Shown here: one piece after another, positions 18,318 through 28,800 of the stretch
Position numbering within the stretch: position 1 is the first letter of the stretch
How the letters are laid out: each line of letters starts with the position of its first letter
NCBI GenBank assembly: GCA_024639975.1
Contig: JAHEFX010000004.1
Coordinates: 1-60,194 of the forward strand
Direction of reading: 5' to 3'
Source: a bacterium
GTDB taxonomy: Bacteria > Actinomycetota > Acidimicrobiia > Spongiisociales > JAENVV01
DNA length: 60,194 nt
Position numbers and translations under genes: made by a program
Notes under the pieces: generated by a model
The model's input: the letters and a program-made list of their open reading frames with translations, nothing else
Database searches by the model: none
Told to the model about the DNA's origin: nothing

Positions 18318-19619
18318 ATGAATGTCGTTGAACTGATCACGCGCAAACGCGATGGTGGCCGCCTCACCGCGCAGGAGATCCAGGAGCTCATCGTCGCCTA
18401 TACGGCCGACGAGATCCCCGACTACCAGATGTCGGCCTTCGCCATGGCAGTGGTCTTCAGCGGCATGGACAACGAAGAGCTGGCGAGCCTCACCGACGCC
18501 ATGCTCAACTCCGGCGATCGACTCGACCTGGGTTGGCTGGACGCTCCCAAGATCGACAAGCACTCCACCGGCGGCGTCGGCGACAAGGCCTCCCTCCCCC
18601 TGGCCCCGCTGGTTGCCGCTTGCGGGGTCGCCGTCCCCATGATGTCCGGGCGCGGCCTCGGCCATACCGGCGGCACCCTCGACAAGCTGGAGTCGATACC
18701 CGGCATGTCCGTCCGTCTCGACCCCAAGGAGTTCTACCGGGTACTGGAGCGCAACGGCATGGTGATGGCCGGGCAGTCGGAGACGTTGGTTCCAGCCGAT
18801 CGACGCCTCTACGCCCTGCGCGATTCAAGTGGCACCGTTGCCTCGATCCCCCTCATCGCCTCCTCCATCATGTCCAAGAAGCTCGCCGAGGACATCGACG
18901 GCCTGGTCCTCGACGTCAAGGTCGGAGGTGGTGCGACCATGAGGCGGGACGAAGACGCTTGGCAGTTGGCCAAGGCAATGATCGACATCGGCCAAGCCCA
19001 CGACACTCCCGTACGGGCGCTTCTGACCGACATGTCCCAGCCCCTCGGCCGTGAGGTCGGCAACTCCAACGAGATCGCCGAATCGGTGGCCGTCCTGAAG
19101 GGTGAGGGACCACCGGACGTGACCGAGGTGACGATGCTGCTCGGCGTGGAGATGCTCCTGCTCGCCGGGACCGCAACCACGCCCGACGACGCTCGCCGCC
19201 AATTGGAGGCAGCGGTTTCGAGCGGTAGCGGTATGGAAGTCTTTGCAGCAGTGGTTGCCGACCAGGGAGGAGACCCCGCCGCCCTCTACGACACGTCCCT
19301 CTTGCCGAGTGCCCCCAACACCCATGTGGTCGAAGCCAAGGAGAGCGGGGTCGTCACCACCTGCGATGCCGGATTGATCGGCGTCGCAGGCGTTCGGCTG
19401 GGCGGCGGACGTCTGGCCAAGGAAGACGAGATCGACCCCGGAGTCGGCATCACCGTCGACGCAAAGGTCGGCGAAGCGGTCGATGCCGGTGACCCGCTGT
19501 GCACGGTCGTCTGGCGGGATGAAGCCCGGCTGGCGTCGGCCCTGGAGATGCTGGGCGGCGCCTGGGAGTTCGGCGACGAGGCGACCATCCCCCCACTCCT
19601 CCACTACCGGGTCAGCTGA
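18318..19619 (+). CDS. deoA: Pyrimidine-nucleoside/thymidine phosphorylase
   Basis: DKHSTGGVGDK, MSGRGLGHTGGTLDKLESIPG, LIASSIMSKK, LDVKVG. Confidence 0.93.
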   Translation: MNVVELITRKRDGGRLTAQEIQELIVAYTADEIPDYQMSAFAMAVVFSGMDNEELASLTDAMLNSGDRLDLGWLDAPKIDKHSTGGVGDKASLPLAPLVAACGVAVPMMSGRGLGHTGGTLDKLESIPGMSVRLDPKEFYRVLERNGMVMAGQSETLVPADRRLYALRDSSGTVASIPLIASSIMSKKLAEDIDGLVLDVKVGGGATMRRDEDAWQLAKAMIDIGQAHDTPVRALLTDMSQPLGREVGNSNEIAESVAVLKGEGPPDVTEVTMLLGVEMLLLAGTATTPDDARRQLEAAVSSGSGMEVFAAVVADQGGDPAALYDTSLLPSAPNTHVVEAKESGVVTTCDAGLIGVAGVRLGGGRLAKEDEIDPGVGITVDAKVGEAVDAGDPLCTVVWRDEARLASALEMLGGAWEFGDEATIPPLLHYRVS

Positions 19620-19683
19620 GATCCCATCCGAGGTTCCCGACCCCGGTCTCATCGGCTCCTGGAAGCAGCGCTTCCGGACCAGG

Positions 19684-19697
19684 TGAGCGTTCGCTCA
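19684..19697. promoter_or_regulatory. Inverted repeat upstream of etfBA, candidate repressor operator
   Basis: TGAGCG-TT-CGCTCA, 16 nt upstream of a -10-like TACGCT (19714-19719). Confidence 0.45.
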
Positions 19698-19755
19698 AAG
19701 TTCGGGCCGGGTGTACGCTCGGCCACCGCATTCGACACGCCAATTAGGAGGACCG

Positions 19756-20514
19756 ATGAAGGTCGCCGTCTGCGTCAAGCAGATCCCCGATCCGGCGTCC
19801 GACTACTCGCTCGACCCGGCCACGCACAACCTCGTGCGGCCCGCCGAGCAGGTACTCGACGACACCGATCGCTACGGGGTCGAGATGGCACTCCAGATCG
19901 CCGAGCAGCACGAAGGATCCGTGACCCTGGTCTCCATGGGTCCGTCCGGGAACCTGCAGGGGATCCGCCAGGCGCTCGCCATGGGCGCCGACAAGGCCGT
20001 ACTCGTCGACGACGAGGAGCTCAAGGGCTCCGATTCGCTGACCACGGCGAAGGTGCTCGCCGCCGCCATCGCCCGCGAGGAGTACGACCTCGTGATCGCC
20101 GGCACCGAGTCCACCGACGGCTACTCGGGGATCGTGCCCCAGCAGGTCGCTGCGCTCCTCGGCATTCCTTCCCTCACCTACGCGACCCAGGTCGACACCG
20201 ACGGTTCGTCGGTGAGCATCCGTCGGCAGACGGCCGCCGGATACGACGAGGTGTCGGCTTCGACACCGGTGCTCGTTTCCGTCACGGCGGGTGTCGTCGA
20301 GCCCCGCTACCCGACGTTCAAGGGGATCATGCAGGCCAAGCAGAAGCCGGTCGACACGGTCACCGCCGGGGATCTCGGCGTCGAGGCCTCCCCCGGCCAG
20401 GCCATTCGGTCGGTGCAGCCCGCCCCCGCTCGGGAGGCCGGTGAGAAGGTCGTGGACGAGGGTGAGGCGCACCTGCAGGTGGTTGCAGCCCTCGAGCAGG
20501 CAAAGGTGGTGTGA
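19756..20514 (+). CDS. etfB: Electron transfer flavoprotein beta subunit
   Basis: MKVAVCVKQIPD, ALAMGAD, EPRYPTFKGIMQAKQKP; RBS AGGAGG. Confidence 0.96.
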   Translation: MKVAVCVKQIPDPASDYSLDPATHNLVRPAEQVLDDTDRYGVEMALQIAEQHEGSVTLVSMGPSGNLQGIRQALAMGADKAVLVDDEELKGSDSLTTAKVLAAAIAREEYDLVIAGTESTDGYSGIVPQQVAALLGIPSLTYATQVDTDGSSVSIRRQTAAGYDEVSASTPVLVSVTAGVVEPRYPTFKGIMQAKQKPVDTVTAGDLGVEASPGQAIRSVQPAPAREAGEKVVDEGEAHLQVVAALEQAKVV

Positions 20515-21461
20515 CCATGTCGATCCTCGTATTCATCGAAGAATCGAACGGCGGCCCCGTGCCTGTCGGCCTGGAGATCCTGACGAAAGTCCGCGCCCAG
20601 GGCGACGTCGCCGTCGCCTACGCGGGCACCGGCGGTGAGGCCGTATGGGCCGCGCTCGGCTCCCATGGCGCCACCAGTGTCCACCACATCCCAACCGACG
20701 CCGGCAAGCTCGCTCCTGGGGCCGTCGCCAAGGCGGTCGCCTCGATCATCGAGTCGACCTCCCCCGACGCCGTTCTCGTCGGCGGCACATACGACGGCCG
20801 AGATGTGGCCGGCTGGCTCTCCGCCCTCACCGGCATGAGCGTGCTCGCCAACGCCACAGGCCTCGCCTTTGATGGCGGACTCGTCGTCACCAACGAGGTG
20901 TTCGGCGGGACGCAGCTCGTCGAGAGCACCTTCGACGGCACCGGCATCGTGCTCGTCCGGCCCAAGGCATTCGCCGCCGAGGCCGGTGACGGGGGCGCTC
21001 CTGCCGTCTCCGTGGTCGACCTCCCCGACATCGGTCACGCCGGTTCGGCCGCCGTGACCGGTAGCCACGTCGAGGAGTCCGAAGGACCCAAACTCGAGGA
21101 GGCGAACGTCGTCGTGGCCGGTGGCCGCGGTATCGGCGAAGCCGAGAAGTTCGCTCTCGTCGAAGAGCTCGCCGGGCTGCTCGGCGGCGCAACCGGTGCC
21201 ACTCGCGCCATCGTGGACGCCGGCTGGGTCCCCTATGCCAAGCAGGTCGGCCAGACCGGCAAGACGGTCAAGCCCGATGTCTACATCGCCCTCGGGATCT
21301 CCGGAGCGATGCAGCACCTCGTCGGCATGAAGGACGCCGGCACGATCATTGCTGTCAACAAGGACGAGGAGGCACCGATCTTCTCGGTCGCCGACCTCGG
21401 CGTCGTCGGCGATGTCCACCAGGTCGTGCCGAAACTCATCGAGGCCCTCAAGGCCCGCTGA
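20511..21461 (+). CDS. etfA: Electron transfer flavoprotein alpha subunit
   Basis: VVVAGGRG, GATRAIVDAGW, QVGQTGKTV.P..YIALGISGAMQHLVGM. Confidence 0.96.
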   Translation: MTMSILVFIEESNGGPVPVGLEILTKVRAQGDVAVAYAGTGGEAVWAALGSHGATSVHHIPTDAGKLAPGAVAKAVASIIESTSPDAVLVGGTYDGRDVAGWLSALTGMSVLANATGLAFDGGLVVTNEVFGGTQLVESTFDGTGIVLVRPKAFAAEAGDGGAPAVSVVDLPDIGHAGSAAVTGSHVEESEGPKLEEANVVVAGGRGIGEAEKFALVEELAGLLGGATGATRAIVDAGWVPYAKQVGQTGKTVKPDVYIALGISGAMQHLVGMKDAGTIIAVNKDEEAPIFSVADLGVVGDVHQVVPKLIEALKAR

Positions 21462-21481
21462 GCAACCCCGACTCGATTGGA

Positions 21482-21507
21482 AGGGCCCGGCCGAATGGCC
21501 GGGCCCT
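21482..21507 (+). terminator. Hairpin terminator after etfA
   Basis: AGGGCCCGGCC-GAAT-GGCCGGGCCCT, an 11-bp perfect stem 20 nt after the stop. Confidence 0.75.
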
Positions 21508-21545
21508 CCTCTGTTGGCGTTGACCTCCCAAGCCTCCGGGAGGGT

Positions 21546-21565
21546 CCGGGATGCTGAGGCTCCAG
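21546..21565 (+). repeat. Direct repeat copy 1 (CCGGGATGCTGAGGCTCCAG)
   Basis: 19/20 identical to the copy at 21976-21995. Confidence 0.8.
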
Positions 21566-21610
21566 GGTCCTCCGTTTACGCTCCGTTTCGTGAACGAGTC
21601 GAGCACAGTG

Positions 21611-21919
21611 ATGGTGACACTCCAATACTTCGACGGCTGTCCGAATTGGAGGCAAACCCTGAGCGTTCTCCACTCGATCGCATCGGCCGATCCGGGCGTG
21701 GAGATCCAGACCGAACGGGTGGACACTCCGGAGAGCGCCGAGGAACGGTGTTTTCGCGGCTCGCCGACCGTCCTCATCAATCAGAACGATCCGTTCGCCG
21801 ACGAAGGCTTGCCAGTGGGCCTCACTTGTCGGCTCTATCCCACTCCAACCGGGATCGCTGGATCTCCGACGGCGGATCAGTTGCGACAAGCCATAGCCTC
21901 CGCTCGCCACCACGGCTGA
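21611..21919 (+). CDS. Thioredoxin-fold protein (DUF2703-like; often annotated alkylmercury-lyase-like)
   Basis: VTLQYFDGCPNW...FRGSPTVLINQ.DPF...GLTCRLY...GSP. Start uncertain (21590/21608/21611). Confidence 0.8.
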   Translation: MVTLQYFDGCPNWRQTLSVLHSIASADPGVEIQTERVDTPESAEERCFRGSPTVLINQNDPFADEGLPVGLTCRLYPTPTGIAGSPTADQLRQAIASARHHG

Positions 21920-21969
21920 TCCCCGAACTCCTACCCCAGCCGGCCAGCCGGTCGAACCAGCCGGGCAGG

Positions 21970-22170
21970 TATCGACCGGGGTGCTGAGGCTCCAGCGCCA
22001 GCGCATTCCCGCCGTCAATGGGGATCGAGACCTCGGCCTCGCAGCCGTCATCGGTGGCAGAGAGCCGTAGGAGTTCGAGGACGGCAGCCCGCTGGTCAGG
22101 TGTCGCTTCTCGGAGTGGCTCGGGCGCCCGACTGATCAGCGGCTGGAGGTCGAGGGCGTCCGACTGTGGC
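21970..22170 (-). pseudogene. Possible C-terminal remnant of a large serine recombinase
   Basis: Reads LREATPDQRAAVLELLRL...EAEVSIPI...LEPQHPG, reminiscent of LSR C-terminal tails. No catalytic domain is present, and the repeat lies at its end. Confidence 0.3.
21976..21995 (+). repeat. Direct repeat copy 2 (CCGGGGTGCTGAGGCTCCAG)
   Basis: Matches copies at 21546 and 23019; shares an upstream GTATC with copy 3. Confidence 0.8.
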
Positions 22171-22238
22171 CGAGGAAGGTCGCGGCTGGTTGGCGACCGG
22201 GGCACGTGCTATCAGGCTGAGGAGGTGAGCTGACTCCT

Positions 22239-22823
22239 TCAAGCACCGCGACCCCCCTGGGGAAGGCGGGACACTGGATCGACGCCTGGTCCCGTCGGCT
22301 GTTCGGTCCACCCCTCTCTCCAACGAGCGGCCACCACCGCGGCCGCCAGCCACGTCACCAGCATCAGCGGTCCACCGATCTTCACGAAGGCGAGTACCGC
22401 TCCCCCAGTTCCGAGCGGGATCAGCGCCAGCGCCCGCCGCCACGCATGGCCCTTCAGCGCAAGGATCGAGCCCAGCGCCACGAGGCTGATGAGTAGTCCG
22501 CCGGACCCGAGCGCGAAGAGCACGAACGCCCAGTCTTGGCCCAAGCCGTCCTCGATGACGTTGACCGCACTGTTCCATGCCGCGGTCGCTCCTGCAACCA
22601 GGGCCAGCCTCACGACCCACTTCCCACCGGCCATCCTCCCGAACGCCGGCATTGCGAACGCAAGGGTGAGGAGCATCCCGCTGAACCAGAGGACGTAGGG
22701 CCACTGAGTCTGGGTCGGGGACGCCTCTGCTGTCGGCCGGACCACAACCCAGTACACGAAGAAGCTGATGCCGGTGAGCAGGTTCACGCCCACCCAAGCA
22801 CTGCGTGAGTCGAGGAATGCCAA
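22239..22823 (-). CDS. Hypothetical integral membrane protein
   Basis: 194 aa with about 6 hydrophobic helices; GGAG upstream of the TTG start. Confidence 0.7.
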   Translation of the reverse strand: MAFLDSRSAWVGVNLLTGISFFVYWVVVRPTAEASPTQTQWPYVLWFSGMLLTLAFAMPAFGRMAGGKWVVRLALVAGATAAWNSAVNVIEDGLGQDWAFVLFALGSGGLLISLVALGSILALKGHAWRRALALIPLGTGGAVLAFVKIGGPLMLVTWLAAAVVAARWREGWTEQPTGPGVDPVSRLPQGGRGA

Positions 22824-23018
22824 CGCGTCTCCAAGGAGATCGGCGCGTCCCGGGTCGAACTACAAGCCCGGGCCACGTTCCAAACGAACGGTCGCGAGGC
22901 ACGGAGCCGCGTTTGCATGGGACAAAGCCACCTGACCGAGCCCCGCCTCTGGCGGGAAGCCTACATCGCTCCGCTAGCCCGATTCAGGACCCGAGATCAT
23001 CGCGGGAAGGAGTATCCG

Positions 23019-23035
23019 CCGGGGTGCTGAGGCTC
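23019..23035 (+). repeat. Direct repeat copy 3 (CCGGGGTGCTGAGGCTC)
   Basis: 17/17 identical to copy 2; intergenic. Confidence 0.8.
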
Positions 23036-23077
23036 AGTCCCCCAACTCCCGCTTCGAGAGCGAGTGACCGGCGGCGA

Positions 23078-23653
23078 CTAGTCCTCAACCCCGATGGTCT
23101 TCACCAGGCCCGACCAAGCGTGGTTGGCGACTCGGTACACGCCGTCCTCTTCGACGACGACGTACAGCGCGACGCCCACCTGCCGATCCGTGGGTTCCTC
23201 GTCACCTTCCCAGTACCTGATCCAGGTCTCGGGAAAGGACACGAACCACGGTCCGTCGCCGACGACGACGACATCATCGCCTCTCTCGGTCTCGAAGCGG
23301 TAGTTGGGGAACGAACCCGCAATGATGCTCTCGACATTCGTGTCGTCGACGTGGCCGAACCGCAGGGCCGAAGGGTCATCGGGATCCCAGCCCTGCTCGT
23401 AGAGAAACTCGTTCAGCATGAACGCGGCTGTGCCCTCAGCGGTCACAGCCCGAATGGCTTCGGCATCGCGGGCCTCCCATGCGGCCAAGTAGTCGTCGAT
23501 GGCCCGATCGACCCCGGCAGGGACGGATGACGTCGCCGCCAGGTCGAAGATGAACCAGCCCAATGCAGCAACGACGACGACACCGAGGATCCCCCACCAG
23601 ATCGGTGTGGGCGACCGATGCTTCGACACCTCTTTGACTTCTTTGTCCGACAC
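23078..23653 (-). CDS. Hypothetical membrane-anchored protein, NTF2/SnoaL-like extracellular domain
   Basis: N-terminal TM helix followed by AIDDYLAAWEARDAEAI, a typical NTF2-like start. Confidence 0.7.
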   Translation of the reverse strand: MSDKEVKEVSKHRSPTPIWWGILGVVVVAALGWFIFDLAATSSVPAGVDRAIDDYLAAWEARDAEAIRAVTAEGTAAFMLNEFLYEQGWDPDDPSALRFGHVDDTNVESIIAGSFPNYRFETERGDDVVVVGDGPWFVSFPETWIRYWEGDEEPTDRQVGVALYVVVEEDGVYRVANHAWSGLVKTIGVED

Positions 23654-23959
23654 CCCCTCACTCCCTTCTCTCCGGTTGGACGAACGCGGATCTTCTCAAC
23701 CGCTCATTATCGCGCCGAACCCGGTCGCTGTCACGGGGTCACACCGGACCCGGAGGCGCAGAATCACCGCACCAGTCAGATTCCGCGTCACCCGTCGCAA
23801 CGGCGGACGCCACCCGGAATTCGGCCCGGATCATTGCGGCTGCCAGCACCCCGGTGAGGTGAGCGCGGGCGTCGCAGGAGGAGGAACAGATCGAGCCGCA
23901 GGGCGGCGAGCAACGCGAACAGGGGCTCCGGCCCCTCGCTGCGGCGCCGGAGAGCTAGC

Positions 23960-24370
23960 TCACCCTTCGGGAAGCTCGAAAACGAGGACGAAGCGGTGTT
24001 CGCCGTCGTCCGTGATCTCGATGGTGCCGTCGCCGACGATGCCTTCGAGTTCACGGGACCCCGAGCCGGGCACGATCGGCCAAGTCGCCCACTGCTGCCC
24101 CATCCCGTCCATGGTCCCGGCATGCAGGACGGCGAACCCTCCTGAGCGACCGTTGAGCGTGCCTTCGATCCACTCGATCCCCACGTAGCCGCGTCCCTCC
24201 GGGGCGACGGCAGTGCTGAGCTCCACCACGCCCCGACCTTCGAGGTCCCCGGAGAAGGTCTTGTGGACCCGGGCACGGGAGACGTCGGTGTGCCCACGAC
24301 TGCCGATCGGCTCACCGTCGGTGATCTCATCCACGACGAAGGTGGATTCGGCAAACTGTCTGTCTCCCAT
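23960..24370 (-). CDS. DUF3224 domain protein
   Basis: KTFSGDLEG, GYVGIE..EGTLNGRSGGF.V.H, IVPGSGS.EL.GI.G; RBS GAGGAG. Confidence 0.88.
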   Translation of the reverse strand: MGDRQFAESTFVVDEITDGEPIGSRGHTDVSRARVHKTFSGDLEGRGVVELSTAVAPEGRGYVGIEWIEGTLNGRSGGFAVLHAGTMDGMGQQWATWPIVPGSGSRELEGIVGDGTIEITDDGEHRFVLVFELPEG

Positions 24371-24399
24371 GACTCGCTCCTCAGGTGCCGGAGGGGGCG

Positions 24400-24801
24400 T
24401 TACGAAGGTCGGGGATCGTCCGGGAGCTCGAAGCGGTGTGGCAGCAGGTCGTCGAGGGTGAACCGCCGGCTGTCGGTGCCATCGATCGTGATGGTGATGT
24501 GGGTCACGCCGAGCTCCGAGAACAGCTGCCGGCAGTTGCCGCACGGCGTTGCATCTCTCACGTGGGTGGCGTCGATACAGGCGACGAAGACCTCGATCGG
24601 ACCACGGTGGCCGCTGGCCATGGCGGACCCGAGCGCATTCGCTTCCGCACAGATCGTCGACCCGTAGGCCGCATTCTCGACGTTGCATCCCGACCAGGTA
24701 CGACCGTCCTCGGCAACGACCAGCGCCCCGACCCGGAACTTGCTGTACGGGGCGTAGGCCGCAAGCGCCGCCTCCGCTGCTTCTGCCGCGTGTTGGGTCA
24801 C
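24400..24801 (-). CDS. cdd: Cytidine deaminase
   Basis: AYAPYSKFRVGA, GCNVENAAYG.TICAE, PCGNCRQ, LLPHRF. Confidence 0.96.
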   Translation of the reverse strand: MTQHAAEAAEAALAAYAPYSKFRVGALVVAEDGRTWSGCNVENAAYGSTICAEANALGSAMASGHRGPIEVFVACIDATHVRDATPCGNCRQLFSELGVTHITITIDGTDSRRFTLDDLLPHRFELPDDPRPS

Positions 24802-25820
24802 CGTTCCCCCAGCAGCGCATCGACGTAGGCGTCGGGATCGAAGGCGATGAGGTCGTCGACACCCTCGCCGAGACCGATGAACTTCACCGGGACACCAAGC
24901 TGGTGCTCCACCGCGAACGCCACACCCCCGCGGGCCGAGCCATCCATCTTCGTGAGCACGACACCGCTGAGCTCCGAGACGTCGCCGAAGGCCTCGGCTT
25001 GGGCCAGACCGTTCTGTCCGGCCGTGCCGTCGAGGACGAGCAGCATCTCCGAGACGTTGCCTGCCTCCCGCTCGAGCACCCGGACGATCTTGCCCAGCTC
25101 TGCCATGAGGTTCTTCTTGTTCTGGAGGCGCCCGGCCGTGTCCACGATGACCGTGTCGGCCCCGGTCTCGCGGGCTCGTGAGACACCTTCGAACGCAACC
25201 GACGCAGGATCGCCGCCCGACTCCCCCCGCACGACCTCGACGCCGACACGGTCGGCCCAGGTCGCGAGCTGGGTGTCGGCGGCCGCCCGGAACGTGTCGG
25301 CAGCAGCAAGGATCGGCGTCGCCCCCGCTTCCCGCAGGCGGGCGGCGAGCTTGGCGATCGTCGTCGTCTTCCCGACGCCGTTGACACCGACCACGACCAC
25401 CACGGCCGGATCGCCGTCCAATGAGACCTCGCGGTCCTTGCCGGCGAGGGTCTCGTGCAGCCGACGCGACAGGAGCGTGCGCGCCTCCTCTGCCGTCTCC
25501 GGCTTGGCGGTCCGAACCTCGTCGACCAGTTCTGAGGCAAGGCGGACGCCGATGTCGGAGGCGATCAACACCTCCTCGAGCGCCTCCCAGGTGTCCTCGT
25601 CCATACCGGCACCGAGGAGCGACCGCAGTCGGTCGCCGAATCCGGACCGGGCCCGACCCAATCGATCGGCGACGTCCGGCGCACCGGCTTCGACCGCCCG
25701 GGATGGGGCCTCGGGCAGCTCGCCGCGTTGGGACCTGCGGCGCACGGCGACCAACACGCCTGCGGCGAGGAGAAGGACGGCGAGGGAGAACGCTACGACG
25801 AGCGCGGTATCGAAGCTCAT
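24798..25820 (-). CDS. ftsY: SRP receptor FtsY
   Basis: GVNGVGKTTTIAKLA, AADTFRAAA, DTAGRL, TKMDGSARGG; N-terminal TM helix. Confidence 0.97.
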   Translation of the reverse strand: MSFDTALVVAFSLAVLLLAAGVLVAVRRRSQRGELPEAPSRAVEAGAPDVADRLGRARSGFGDRLRSLLGAGMDEDTWEALEEVLIASDIGVRLASELVDEVRTAKPETAEEARTLLSRRLHETLAGKDREVSLDGDPAVVVVVGVNGVGKTTTIAKLAARLREAGATPILAAADTFRAAADTQLATWADRVGVEVVRGESGGDPASVAFEGVSRARETGADTVIVDTAGRLQNKKNLMAELGKIVRVLEREAGNVSEMLLVLDGTAGQNGLAQAEAFGDVSELSGVVLTKMDGSARGGVAFAVEHQLGVPVKFIGLGEGVDDLIAFDPDAYVDALLGER

Positions 25821-25851
25821 ATGGGTCGCAGGCTAGGGCGGCCGGACCCGG

Positions 25852-28800
25852 TCAGGAGACCGCGGGGAGGGCTTCTTGCACGTCCTGGAGCCGCTTGCTG
25901 AGAACCTTGGACGATCCGCCCGGCTCCATGGTCACGCCGTAGAGGATGTCAGCCGACTCCATCGTCTGCTGCTGGTGGGTGACGATGAGCAACTGCGAGG
26001 TGCCCCGGAAGGACTCGACCAACTGCAGGAACCGCCGAAGGTTGGCGTCGTCGAGCGCCGCCTCGACCTCGTCGAGGACGTAGAACGGGCTCGGACGGGC
26101 CCTGAAGATGGCGAACAGGAAGGCGAGGGCGGCCATCGACTTCTCGCCACCGGACAAGAGCGACAGTCGGCTGACCTTCTTGCCGAGGGGCTGGATCGTG
26201 ATGTCCACCCCCGAGCCGAGCAGGTCGTCGGGGTCGGTGAGTGTGATGCGGCCGCGCCCGCCGGGGAACAGAATGGCGACGTGGTCGGTGAATGCCTCGG
26301 CCACCTCGTCGTAGGCGGCCTGGAACAGCGAAACGATCTGCTCATCCAGGGCCTCGACGACCTTCCGAATATCCCGTCTGGACGACTCGAGGTCCTGCAG
26401 CTGTTCGGCGAGGAAGGCTCGCCGCTCCTCGAGCTCGGCGTATTCGTGGGCGGCGAGTGGATTGATGGGGCCCATCCGTCGGAGGTCCGCAGCCAAGGTA
26501 TCCACCCGGGCACCCGGGTCGGTCCCTTCGGGGATCGCCGGTCGCTCCTGGGCAAGGGCGGTTGCTTCGTCGCAGTCGGCGTCGCGTCGGAGCATCTCTG
26601 CCGTCGCCTCCCGGCGCACCCGCAGCTCGGCCAGCGCTATCCGGTCGGTCGAGAGGCGCTCACGACGGGCCTCGACGGTGCGACGCAGCTCGTCGACCCG
26701 CAGGCGGGCGTCGGTCAAGCGCTGGATCGCCTCCCCCGAACGGGATCGAAGCTCGGCCTGGCGAACACGAAGTGCCTCGATGTGCCCCCGAGTGATCTCG
26801 AGTGTCGCCCTCGCCTGATCCTCGATGGAGGTGAGCGCATCCAACGCCTCGGGATCGAACCGTGTCTGGGACAGGGTGGTGATCTCCCGTTCGACCTGCG
26901 CGAGGCGGCGTTCCATCGTCTGGCGCCGCTCACGGGTCGCCCCGGCGACCGAACGGGCTTGCTGGGCCTCGGCCCGAACCGTGTCGCGGCGCGCCGACAG
27001 CTCGGCCCGGCGGTTGGCAAGGGCCTCGTAGGCAGCCTGGCGCTCGGCCTCTTCGCCCTCCAGCGCCGCAAGGCGAGCCCGGAGTGCCTCGATTCGCTCG
27101 GCTCGACCGTCGTCGCCCGCCACCAAGGCCGTGCGTCGCTCGTCGAGTCGGCTGCGGTCCCCGTCGAGGGCCGCGACACGCTGACGGACGGTCTCCGTGC
27201 GCCGGGTCAGCTGGTCGAGGCGCCGCTCCGCCTCCCGAAGCTCGCGGAGGGCCGTCGTCACGGCCGTCCGGGAGGTCTCGGCGGCCGAACGGGCGGTCTG
27301 GGCCCCGGCCGATGCATCGGCGTGGGCGAGGGCCTCGGTCTCGGCTTGGCCACGGGCCACTTCGACCATGGCCGGTGTTGCACCGTCGGGGTCGGCGAGA
27401 CTCACGGCGGCGGCGGTGATGAGGTCGCCGTCGGGCGTGACGACTCGGACCTCGGGGTGCCGGGAGACGATCTCCCAGCCCGCCTGCCAGCCCTCGACGA
27501 GGACCACGTCGCCCAACAGGACGGCCGCCAGTCCGGCGTTCGTCGTCGGGCCGAGTCGATCGATGAGGGCATCCACGCCCCACGAGGCCGCGACCATGCG
27601 TGCGATCGCCGTCGGACCTCCATGGGCAGCAACCAGCGGGACGCCACCGAGCCCATCTCGCTTCAGGCCGTCGATGATCGGGGCGAGATCGGTGCCGTCG
27701 GCGAAGACGAGGGCGTCGGCGAACGGCCCGAGGGCCGTGTCGACGGCGTGGGCGAGTTCGTCGGGGACGTCGAGGACCTCGGCAATGGAACCGATTCGGG
27801 ATCCGAGCTCGCCGGCCTTGGCCGTGGCCACCGGGTGGGCGGCACCCGCGACCACGGCTTCCAGCGCATCGCGCCGGGACGTGGCTGCGGCGTGACGTCC
27901 TGCTGCTTCGCGGGCGACCTGGTCGGCGTCTTCCCAGGCACGGACAGCCGTCTCGACGGTGGCCTCGGCAGCGGCGAGGGCTTCGGAGCCCTCCTCGACG
28001 GCCCTCCTGGCCGGGTCGAGGGCTTCGGTGAGCTCGGTGAGTTCGGACCGACCGGCTTCGGCGTCCTTGGTGACCTCGGCGAGTCGCTGATCGACGCGGC
28101 TGAGCTCCCGTCCATCCCGCTCGGCTGCCGTCTCGAGACCACGCAGCTCCGATCTGACGACGACGAGGGCACCCTCGGCGGGCATCTGCTCCTGTTCGGC
28201 CAGCGTCTGGATCTCGTCCTCGAGGGCGCCCAGCAGCTCCTCGGCCCGCTCGGCGGCACCCACGGACGTCGTCTCCTCCTCGGACACGACGGAGAGCCCG
28301 GCGACCAGCTCGGTCTGTTCCTCCTCGAGGTCGGCCCGACGTTCATCGGCTCCTTCGAAGCGGGCGGAGAGGGTTCGGCGACGCTCACCGGCGACCGAGC
28401 CGACGCCCCGAAGCCGCTCGGCAAGGGTCTCCAGGCGGGCCGCCGCGGCCGTGTCCCGATCGAGTGCCCGGCCGACTTCGCCGGCTTGCTCCTCCAATGG
28501 CGCAAGCGCGGCCGACGCCTGCTCGAGCTCCTTGGATTCGGCATCCAATCGCACCTCGTCGGTGCTGGTGCGCGCTTCGAGGTCGACCAGGCGCCGGTCC
28601 GTGGACCGCAGCTCCTCACCACCGAGCCACCGGCGGATGGCGAGCAGTTCGCTGCGCACGTCGTCGTGGCGAGCGGCGTCGTCGGCTTGGCGCTTGAGCG
28701 GCCGGATCTGGCGCTTCAGCTCACGGAGGATGTCCTCGAGCCGGAGCACGTCGGCGTCGGTCCGCTCCAGGCGACGGATGGCCCGGTCCTTGCGGAGTCG

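Noticed and set aside
21546-23035. The three direct repeats as a CRISPR array or integron attC sites
   Set aside because: Spacing is about 430 and about 1040 bp with genes in between. No cas genes or integron integrase are present, and no attC-type RYYYAAC...GTTRRRY boxes are evident.
23660-23955. Possible small gene or RNA in the gap between the NTF2-like gene and DUF3224
   Set aside because: No convincing ORF, RBS or stable tetraloop hairpin set; only an 11-bp partial inverted match to the repeat.
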